Below are positions 50,229 through 60,317 of a stretch of DNA of 64,000 bases, in pieces. Every line of letters starts with the position of its first letter. Position 1 is the stretch's first letter. A program made the translations under genes and the position numbers. The notes under the pieces were generated by a model. The model saw only the letters and a program-made list of their open reading frames with translations, was not told the DNA's origin and made no database searches. The stretch covers positions 40,984,001 through 41,048,000 of the forward strand of contig CM059432.1 in NCBI GenBank assembly GCA_030390025.1, given 5' to 3'. This DNA comes from Squalus acanthias. Lineage: Eukaryota.

Positions 50229-50468
50229 TTAGATAACAGTGACCTCTTTAGGTTTTCTTTTGATGCTTTCCAATCGGTTGAGAGGTCTGGCACTAGTGTT
50301 TCTTTTGCTACTTCCCTCTCCAGTGGTAACCCTGGGATCTTTATGCAGGCTTTTCAACAACTCCATCAGTTCTCTTTTCTCAAGTTCTGCTTGTTCTAGT
50401 TCCTGACGGTGCTGTCTTTCTTCTGCCATGAGTGTTCGCACATCTGACATCACACATGACATCTGACT
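50229..50468 (-). CDS. RNF151/RNF41-like gene, last coding exon (coiled coil, C-terminus)
   Basis: tttcag|AGT CAG ATG...GTT ATC TAA, 240 nt; SQMSCVMSDVRTLMAEERQHRQELEQAELEKRELMELL...KEVTVI*. Confidence 0.85.
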   Translation of the reverse strand, partial: SQMSCVMSDVRTLMAEERQHRQELEQAELEKRELMELLKSLHKDPRVTTGEGSSKRNTSARPLNRLESIKRKPKEVTVI

Positions 50469-51309
50469 CTGAAAGTACAAATTATGCTCTAAATTTTAAC
50501 ACCAAAAGCAGGGTGTGTAACAGCTATGAATACAACGTAATACTGTATATTCATAATTATGTAAAAAGAATCATCAGATAACTATCAATCAGAGACAATA
50601 CAATATTTTGTATCTTACCAACCTGATTAGTGCTCTGCTTAATGCTTCTCAACCTCTGAATTAGCCAACCAGGAATATGGTCCACACAACAAAATTAGAG
50701 ACTAATGACCAAAATCAGGGCCACTTGTTTTTGACTTTTCATACCACCTCAAGCCTATCTTGTGGCCTAATTTTCACATCTTTGGGCAGTGCAGTAACCC
50801 ACTTCTTAAACCTAAATGTCTTGCAAAAAATCCAAAACTTAGTTTTACAGTAGTTACATTGCTTTTGTGCGGCACTTTTGGTATCCACTTGCCCTTTACA
50901 AGGCCAGTGACGCAGAAGGAGTGGGGGCTCCCTATATAGTGAGTTCTTGCTTCTCCAGCCCATAAGGATCCCGGCGTAAGACTGGAGGCCAACACGCCCA
51001 GTGAGGTGAGGTGTACTGGCATCCAGAAGGGCAGAAATAGGCCTACCGAGGGGGGATAGAGAAACAGCCTAAACCCCCAAATATGGGGAGGGCCTGGGCC
51101 CCTTACCCTCTGATGACAGCTCAGCGCTGCAGTTTGCAGTCAGGCTGCACTGGTTGTGGTGCAGGATGCCAAGCTGGACCCATGCAAATAAGATGCCCTT
51201 GAATTAACCCCATTACTGCCAGGATTGTAGCCTGTGCATTTTCAGAGCATATATATCACACGGATATACGGTTTCATAGAATAATGACCATAAATAAACT
51301 TATACTAAC

Positions 51310-51430
51310 TTTAAGCTCCTCAATTTCATTTTGCAGAAGACTTTCTTTCTGTACCATGTGTCTTCTTTGAGAATCTAAACGGGACTCCATTTCATGCCTT
51401 ACTTCTTCAACTTTACAAATCATCTCAGAC
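51310..51430 (-). CDS. RNF151/RNF41-like gene, coding exon (coiled coil)
   Basis: poly-T-aaaag|G TCT...AAA|gttagt, 121 nt (phase 2-0); SEMICKVEEVRHEMESRLDSQRRHMVQKESLLQNEIEELK. Confidence 0.88.
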
Positions 51431-53949
51431 CTTTTAAAAAAAAAAAAAAAAAAAAATTTATGCACAGTAGTTAACGTTAGATTTATTATTTTTGCCCAAT
51501 TTTCTCCCTTTTTCTATACTTCTTTCCAGTAAGTATTGACTCATTCTGAGGCCATCACAGCCTAATCATGTCTCCACCCCATGTATACATGTGCACTTCC
51601 AGTGGAGTTCCATCAGAAAGATTCATTCCATCCTTAATACAGGATGCCAAGTGTAGCGCCCCTTCCATTGCACCAGCTAAGATCAGAGACCTTATCGTCG
51701 ACCAGGTATCAAACCTGGAATTTTCCTGCCCGTAGAACAAGATTCATCATCATCCATATTGGATTAAAATTGGTATATCCTGTCCCTGTCAAAATTTGTT
51801 TGAGATTTTAATGATACGCCAAAATTTACGCCGAAATTTCCTGACAATCTCATTAGCATATGCTAGAATACAAATGCGACATAAAACAAGTGGAAATCAG
51901 TGTAAACAATCGAGGCCCGAGGAAAGTGCCGGCCATGCCATATTCTTTCTTTCTTTCGAGTTTCCCCCTTATGCATAAAAATTAAACTTTGTAGCTATCA
52001 AACAATAATTTATGCACAGCAGCGGAGAAAATGGATCTTGTTGAACTCATCTGGCATGAGACCGGGTAAAAAGGTCCAATTTCATGGTGCTATGTCTTGC
52101 GTCCCAAGGCACCAGAAATACGTCTGATGCCATTTTGGCCCGAACGATATTCAGGCATCCTTGATGCTGCATTAGGCTCCTTGAATATACTAATAAAGGG
52201 CCTAACACCTGTTTAAGGACCCCTCTTGAAAATTGGTCAGTGTTGTTCTTGCGGGCTAACCAGCGGTACTTAAAGGCCACCAACAAAAAGCTAAGTTTCT
52301 TCTAACTTACCTTCATGTGGAGCCAGGAGGAGCACTGGCTTCACACCACTCTTGAGGACTGCTGCTGACCTGCATTCCCCCTCCCCTCCCGGTTGTCGTC
52401 CTCCCCTCCCAGGGCCTACCTGAGGCCCGCTGCTGGCGTTGCAGCCGGTCCAAATTGGTCAGGAGCCAACCGGCGAGCTGCCTCTAGATGCCCAAATTAT
52501 GATGGTGGCTTGGACTTTATGTAGTAGCCTTATCTGATAGACTTTTCTCATACTCTCTTTTAGTCCTTCCAATATCTCTTTTCAGTGGCCTACTACACTT
52601 TCTATATTCCTCAGGATTTTTCTTAATATTGTTAACCCTAGTTTTATTATATATCTCTCAAGTTTCAGTTTAGTTTTAATCTCTTTATTTATCTTTTTGC
52701 CTTACATGAATATATTTATTTTGTAGTCTGTCCATCTCATTTGAAGATTCCCACTGCTGATCCATTGTCCTGTATGTTAACTTTTCTGCCCAGTTAACTT
52801 GGGCCATAACACCTTATGTCAGTGAACTGTGCCTTTTTCCAGTTCAACACCCTCACCTTTGACTTGACTTTTATTTTCATGTGGAACTATGTTGCGGTTG
52901 CTATTTCCCAATCGTTCTCTTCTCCCATCAGTTCCTTGCTCTAGTTCAATGCTTCTTTCCTAGTTGGACTGGAAAAATAATGATCTAGGAAGCCGTCTTT
53001 GATGCATTTCATCTTTTTCTACTACTTATGTTAAACCAATGCATAATTGTAATGATTAAATTAATTTGTAGGATCAATTCATAGAATTACATCACAGAAA
53101 CAGACCATTCAGCCCAACTGGTCTGTGCCGATGTTTATGCTCCACACGAGCCTCCTCCCACCCCTACTTCATCTAACCCAATTAGCATAACTTTCTATTC
53201 CTTTCTCCCTCCTCATGTGTTTATCTAGCTTTCCCTTTAATTCAGAGCAAAGAAACTGCTGCATCTGCTTCAAATGTTGAATTTCAGGCCTAGAAAGTTA
53301 CCCAACTCCCACATTTGAATATTTCTGCCCATTTTATGCAGCATATTGTGTAGACAAGTAAAAACTATATCATACTAGTTTATCTCCGGTGGCACTGCAC
53401 ACGGGGAGTCAAGACCAAATGTCATCTTCAGGCGATGCGGATTTACAGGCAGCTGGATAACTGGACCAGGACCGGCAGACAGGATTCAGTCCCCATTTAA
53501 AGGTCATGCACTGTGTCCTTTACTTTTTATACATTACTTTTGATTTAATATTCTTTACATAGTTCTGTACCAAAACACCATAAATTTGGAAAGCAGAGGA
53601 GTAAAGTTTGTTGGAGAATAGGAGCTTCTTAGAACAAAAGCTGTGGAACTGGGAGATGCAAGACAGAGGCGCAACAGCATTCCTCTGGCGGGAGGATATA
53701 GTTACAGTGTGACAAGTTTACATAGGTAGATTCCATTATAAATGTTGACATATGAATTTATAATGAGGAAAACAGTTAACAGAAATGTGCCAATAATGTG
53801 ACAACAGTAAGATTTTGTAGAAATGCACACACACATGATGTATATTATAATATATAAAGTTATATAAATACTGTCTACATAAGAACATATCTAACCATAC
53901 ATAGACTTGTTGGCAGCTACAAACCACTCACTGCAATACAATTTATGGT

Positions 53950-54135
53950 AACAACTTGATTTGTATAGCATATTTAATGTACAAAAAGCATGCCAAGGCA
54001 CTTTACAGAAGTATAATCAGACAAAAATGGATGGTGAGCCAAAAGCTTGGTCCAAGAGGTGGGTTTTAAGGAGGAGAGAGCAGTGGAGGTTTAGGATGGG
54101 AAATTCTTGGGGACTATGACCTAGTCTTGCCGAGG
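53950..54135 (-). mobile_element. L2 3' tail fragment
   Basis: acaacttgatttgtatagc...aaagcttggtccaagaggtgggttttaagg is the reverse complement of the L2 end seen at about 1320-1470. Confidence 0.7.
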
Positions 54136-54454
54136 CTAGCACAAGCATTCCAGACGACACGCTTGGGACATCCCGAAGAGTCCTCTGCACGCAAGTTACA
54201 ATCGGTATCAATCTCATGGACACTTCATGTAAGGGGTTGTGTTATATCATTGATTTGACAAATAAAGACCATTCACCATATGTCTCTGTTTTTTCTAATC
54301 CACAAACTTTTATTAGGGGTACAGGATAAATGACTAGTCTATAAAAACCCAACAAGAATCAGGAGTTTGGATTGAAAGTTATGGAGAGGCTCAAATTACA
54401 AATCAATCTATTTCTACAGCTTGATGTTCGGTTCTGAAGTGGCCCATTACATAC

Positions 54455-54617
54455 CTGAGCAATTCCAGTTCTGTCCTCAATTCTGCTATACAGTTGTGTT
54501 GTGCATCATCTGCACTGAGAATAGCATAGCCACATCCATTTGAGCATTCGCGACTTCGATATTCACACACTGCCATGTGTGATTCCAGGTTGCGTCGTTC
54601 TACCTGAACAGTACAAC
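54455..54617 (-). CDS. RNF151/RNF41-like gene, coding exon (TRAF-type zinc finger)
   Basis: ag|GT TGT...CTC AG|gtatgt, 163 nt (phase 1-2); CTVQVERRNLESHMAVCEYRSRECSNGCG...HNCIAELRTELELL. Confidence 0.9.
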
Positions 54618-55634
54618 CTTTGGAGAAAATTGTATAAATATATTAAAAACTTTATAAAAAGTAATTAAAAATTAAAACATTACAAAACACCAACACAGCA
54701 CTACAGCATGCAAACAGTACAAGAAGGAGGTGGTTTTCTGGACTATAGTATAACAGCTTTTAAACTGGGTTCAAATTTAATTTTCCAGTCAAAGAACTTA
54801 ACACCAATATCATGACTTTCCAATTTGATATGCCTACTTACCTTGAAGATGTAGGGATAAGGCAAGTAAATATGGTAATTTTGAAAAGTTGCTGGTGTGA
54901 TCAACTTTTTGTCAATTCTGAAACTGAGGAAAACATCTGCTCAAAGAAGTACACGATATGACATCTTTGTACACTGGTTGGGGAATTGGACCTCGACTGA
55001 TGCACAAGGCGTCATGACACACAAGTGCATTCATGCATTTCCTTGAGCTGGCTTTTAGCCTCAGTTTCAGAATCAGTTGTCCATTTATCATGCATTGTGG
55101 AGTTGGTAATTTTATTTCAGAATCATAAGTTTACAACACAGGAGGAGGCGTTCAGCCCATTGTGCTTTTGCTGGCTCTTTGAAAGAACTTCTCATTCCCA
55201 TTGGAGCTGTTTTCATTACCTTTTGTCTTTTTAATGTCTGTTCACTCACCCTCCCACCGTCACTGCCCCCCCCACCCCGCCCCGCCCCGCCCGCCCGCCC
55301 AAACACACACACACACGAGATATAACCTATATGAAGTAAAAGAAAGTGTTCTAAAATTAGTCAGAATACATAACTTTTTAAGAATTCATTCAACATTTTC
55401 AGGGAGCATCCTCCGAGATCCTCCCCCTAGGATTACCCATCCTGAGGGAAGTATTATTTGAAAGGAATGTGTACAATTTAAAATTTGCTGTCTACATCTT
55501 TGCTTGAAAATTTATCAACTCAGTATACTGATTTGTATACCCATTTTAAGCAACTTAATTGATCCAGCTACCAACCTGCATCATTGATCTTTTACCTACC
55601 CAAGTTACATTATACTTACTTAAAACAATAAATC

Positions 55635-56530
55635 CAGCTTGCATTTATATAGCATCTTTAACACAATACTTTAAAGGGGAAAAAATGTAAATACATAAAT
55701 AGAACTGATGCCAAACATTAGAGTTATGGGGAGGTGACCTAAAGCTTAGTCGAAAAGACGGGTTTTAAGCAAGTTTTTAAAGATGTAGAGAGATGGAAAG
55801 GTTTAGGGAGGGAGCTCCTGTGAGTAGAACTGAGGCGCCTTAAGGCTCTATCAATAGTAATGAGGTGAAAGAAGGCATAGATGTACAGAAGGTCAGAGTT
55901 GGAAGATGGAAGGGTGTGGGGGGTGACAGAAGGCTGGAATAAGCTGCAGAGATAAGATGGGGTTGGCAAGGAGGAAGTTGGAGAACCAGAAAATATGGCA
56001 ACAGTGAGGGAAGGAAGAGAAGCCATTGCTGAAGATGTGTTGGCTATGTTCAGTTAGATAGAAACAGAACCATACAAGGGCAGTCCCAAAAAGCTGAACA
56101 ATAGGAAAAGGTGATAGAGGAGTGTGGCATGTTCTATCATATCAATTGCTACAGAAAGGCCAAGGAGAGATAAAGCACCATGGTCACAGTCACACAGAAT
56201 ACCATTTATGACTTTGGCCATGTCTGTCTCGGTACTGTGAAAAAGGCGCAAGTCCAACTACAGGGATTCAAATGGGAAGTTTTGCGTTAGATGATCATGA
56301 AGCTGGGTGGCGATGAAAATCTTAAGAGAAAAGAAAGGTTAGAAGTGGAATGGTAATTGGAGAGGACAGATGGGTCAAGAGTGGTTCTTTTGAAGAGGTT
56401 GGGTGAGGTCAGTGGTTTTAAAAGGGAGAGGAATGATATCTGAGGAAATGGAACCATCAACAATGTCAGCTAGCATAGGAGCAATGAGGGGGAGTCGAGT
56501 TGAGAAGTGATCAAGGGGAATAAAATCTAG
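55635..56530 (-). mobile_element. Old L2 fragments
   Basis: ORF 56054..56257 (HSTETDMAKVINGILCDCDHG); tail cttgcatttatatagc. Confidence 0.75.
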
Positions 56531-56659
56531 TGAAATATATAGATAATATGAACAGACATTCAATAAGAGATCATCCATATATGATTATGCTGAATGGAGA
56601 AATTGTGGTCATCGAGCACTAAGAATAATTAAATATTATAATTAAGTAAAACTGAAATA

Positions 56660-57020
56660 ATATTTGCATTTATATAGCACATTTCACAATGATATGGCTG
56701 TACTTTATACAATTAATTACTTTTATTTGGAAGTGTTATGTAGGCAAACGTGATAGCCCTTCTCCACAAAGACCCATCTGCTATTTGGTTGAGGAAGGAA
56801 TGTTAAATACTGGGAGATTTTACTGCTCTTGCTTGAATAGTGATGTTGGACCATTAATGTCCAGCTGACCTAATGGGGCAAGCAGACTGGATGTTGATCC
56901 CATCCAAAGGATGATGCTCTTCACAATGCTGCATTCCCTTCTGTACTGGAGTGTCAGCCATGGTGTAGGGCTTGGATCCACAATCATCTGAACCAGAGGT
57001 AAGTGTGGTACTAAGTTAGT
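56660..57020 (-). mobile_element. DeuSINE-like (SacSINE1/AmnSINE1-type) old SINE
   Basis: catccaaaggatg...acaatgctgcattcccttctgtactggagtgtcagcc resembles the Deu domain; a second copy at about 58310-58885 surrounds the HE1 SINE. Confidence 0.6.
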
Positions 57021-57349
57021 CAACCTAGCACAAAAAATCATTCAAATCACTGCACCAAAAATGCACAAAATCAATTTTGAGAATAAAACTTTTTATTGTA
57101 AAATCAAGGATTAAATATTGCACTGCAACAAAATTCATTGTTAAATACATACCACATCCATAACACATGTAAATTCCACCTAAAGAAACATTGGCAAAGG
57201 GATATTTCAAACAATTGGGCTAAAAAATGGAAAGTATGGCTTTACTCTGGTTGCATAAATCTTTTGAATACTACACACATAAGAGACCATGTCTATTATA
57301 ATGCCACTGTTATTACCAACTGAAGAATATTACAGCTCATCCAAGACAA

Positions 57350-58150
57350 CTAAAGTGAGGCATTGGAGGAGGATAGAGTGGTTGACCATTTCAAAGACTG
57401 CAGAGGAGGATGATAAGGTATAATGTAATATGGTCGCAGTTACAGTGAATGCCATTTGTGACTTCGGTCAGGGCCATTTTGGTGCTCTGGGAGGGGCGGA
57501 AATTTGATTGGAGAGATTCAAACAGGGAGTTGCAGGAAAGATAGCAACACAGTCAAGGACTTTGGAGAGGAATGGGAAATGGTTGTTTCAAGGACAGAGT
57601 GGGTAACAATGCATTTATTTGATAAGGAGGTGATGATGGTGGTTCTTAAAGTTAGGAGGACAATATCTGAAGACAAGGAACCATTTATATCAGCTAGCAT
57701 GGTGGCCTGGAAGGGAAGTTGGTGGTCAGCAGTTTAGCTGATTAAGATCAAAGGAGCAGAAGGTGGGTTGCATGAAAAGGGTGAGCTAGAGAGGGCATGT
57801 AGAGAGACGGGAGTAAAATGAGAGCGAGAGAGACGGGGGTTCAGGGCTAGGATGGGGCAAGGAGGTTTTTCTTGATGGGCAAGGGGAAGGGAGGGAAGCA
57901 GCAGCAGCAACTGATGGTCTCTATCTTGGTGACAAAGAAGTCCATAAGCTCCCATCACTTGTTGTTAGAGGTGAGGGTGGAGGGGACAGGAGAGAAGGGG
58001 TTAAGAAGATGGTTGGTAGTAGAGCAAAGAAGCCAGGTATTATCTTTGCTCTCCAGGATGATCCTAGAATAATGAGTGGTTTTGCCAGAGGATAGTGAGT
58101 CTTGGTAGGGTTTGATAATTATTGAATTATTCTTAAGTCTCACTGAATTC
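57350..58150 (-). mobile_element. Old L2 fragment
   Basis: ORFs 57518..57700 and 57955..58236 resemble L2 ORF2 (HYSRIILESKDN, LADINGSLSS). Confidence 0.7.
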
Positions 58151-58414
58151 ACTTTGTGGGGAAGAAAGTTTGCAGGACCTTCTCTCAGGAGACTGAATAT
58201 GTTGAAGTAAGAAATAAAGAAAGGAAGAACTAGCATTTAACTTTATTTATTGATTCTGCTTCCACCACTGTTTCTGGTAAATCATTCCATATCCTAGCAA
58301 TTTTGGTGGTATTGTTTGGCCAGGATACTGTGAGAACTCCCTACTCCTCTTCGAATAGTGACATGGGATTTTTACATATGAACAGTCAGACTTGATTTAA
58401 TGTCTCAGCTAAAA

Positions 58415-58834
58415 GGGCAACACGGTGGCATAGTGGTTAGCACTGGTGCCTCACAGCGCCAGGGACCCGGGTTCGAATCTTGACCTCGGGTGACTGTCTG
58501 TGTGGAGTTTGCACATTCTCCCCGTGTCTGCGTGGGTTTCCTCCGGGTGCTCCGGTTTCCTCCCACAGTCCAAAAATGTGCGGGTTAGGTTGATTTGGCT
58601 ATGATAAATTGACCCTCAGTGTTAGGGGGGGATTAAATATGTGGGGTTATGGGGATAGGATGGGATATGTTAGGGGAATTAAATACGTGGGGTTACGGGG
58701 GTAGGGTGGGATATGTGTACTGTGGGGATTAAAGCAGGGACAGGGTACTGGATTTGGATGATCGTATTGAATGGTGGAGCAGGCTCGACAGGCCGAATGG
58801 CCTACTCCTGCTCCTAGATTCTATGTTTCTATGT
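58415..58834 (+). mobile_element. Full-length HE1-like V-SINE
   Basis: A box TGGCATAGTGG, B box GGTTCGAAT, V domain gtttgcacattctccccgtgtctgcgtgggtttcctccgg, CR1-derived 3' end with a TTCTATGT-repeat tail; short TAAAAG duplication. Confidence 0.93.
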
Positions 58835-59798
58835 AAAAGATGGTATTGTTCCCTAACTACTGCAATGAAGTGTCAGCATAGATATAAAGTCCATGGCAGG
58901 CAAAAATGATATGGTCCACAGAAGGAGGCAAAATATACATGGTTTGTAGAAGGAAAGTGATGAACAGGTCAAATGGTCATTTCTCATCCACTCTGTTAGA
59001 ATGCACTGCTGTTTATTCTCTCCTTTTTCACAGTTAAGACATTCCATGGCATGACTTTGAATACTGCATGTAAGACACAGATATTCAGGTACTCATTGAA
59101 ATCTTTCCTAACATATTAGATAAAAACATACTTTCTGGGGTACAGATTCATTAAAATCTCCATTATTAAGATCTTTAAAACAGAATCAGGCTAAATCTAG
59201 GTTTAACCACCAGGGGGCATGGTTCAGCAGCACTGAGTTACTGTCAGTTACAATGACTAAGGAACTGAAAATCAGAATGAATCAACCTGAAGCACGTATA
59301 ACTTTCCCATGAACCACTTTCCCCATGAATCTATAAATTGAACTTGTGGCTTTTTTCTCCTGACCTAATTCTGAAAATCATAAGATTTACAATTTTAGAA
59401 GACAATAAAAAATATAGTTTCAGGTAATAATAAAGATAAATTTGGCAGAGGATAAAGAGTTTATACAAATATTTTCCACTTCACAAAAGGGAAAGAAAAC
59501 AAATCTCTCTCAAACCATTTAGTATTTCTGTTCTCATGCAAATACAGACCACTTTTTGAAACGCTTATGCCCTAGACGACATTTTAAAGTTGTTTGATGT
59601 ATCCTCTCTTCCTATAATTATTTCCGAAAACAAATGTCTATTCTTGGTTTTAGGTCGCACTCAGAACCAATTTTCAAGAATTTCAATCTGTTAATAGATA
59701 CTCTTCCCTTTCATTAGAAAAAGCAATCTAAAACAAGATATGCAAGTTGCTCTAACTAATAATACTGATTCAAAATAATTTTTTTGCTTTTCACTTAC

Positions 59799-59938
59799 CA
59801 GCATTTGAGCAAGGAACTTGGCTGTATTCACACTCTCTTTCATGTTTGTCAATAGCTTCTAAAGAACAGATCGTTTCACAACCATGCTGTCTATTTTTGC
59901 ACCAAATCTGAAGGCGATTCAGATCATTGCGCATATAC
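59799..59938 (-). CDS. RNF151/RNF41-like gene, coding exon (SIAH/TRAF-type zinc finger)
   Basis: ag|G TAT...GCT G|gtaagt, 140 nt (phase 2-1); YMRNDLNRLQIWCKNRQHGCETICSLEAIDKHERECEYSQVPCSNA. Confidence 0.9.
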
Positions 59939-60317
59939 CTGTCAGAGAAAAAATAAATTTAAGGAACAGGTAAACTTCCTTATTCTTTTCCCATTTAGGT
60001 TTACAGGCAATTTACGTCAGCAAAACTATTTTTATTGGTGAGTACATAGCTAAAAAATAATTTTCTTTCATCATGAAACACCACATCAGTTGCTACATAA
60101 CATATCAGAAAGCATATGTAAAAGTGATGTGATTTATTTCCTCCGCTTTAAAATTTCAATTTTATTTTGTAATCCTGAATATCGCTTATGCATCAGCTGA
60201 TGCAGTTAGTTGCAAATGAAAATCAGTGCTTAAAATAAATTGGATGCCATGTTATCTATCATACAAGTGTGTAACCTAGTATTTCAACAGGGATACAAAA
60301 CTTAAAGTTAATATAAC

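Noticed and set aside
50740..52500. GC-rich patches resembling a promoter or CpG island
   Set aside because: They are intronic and share motifs with the MITE at 48709 (ccaggag..gca); ends could not be defined, so probably decayed DNA transposons.
55255..55318. C-rich run (cccgc)n plus (CA)n, with G-quadruplex potential on the - strand
   Set aside because: Simple low-complexity sequence next to a CR1 tail remnant, with no evidence of function.
58415..58490. tRNA gene
   Set aside because: It has A and B boxes but continues into the V-SINE body; it is a SINE head, as is 60318-60410.
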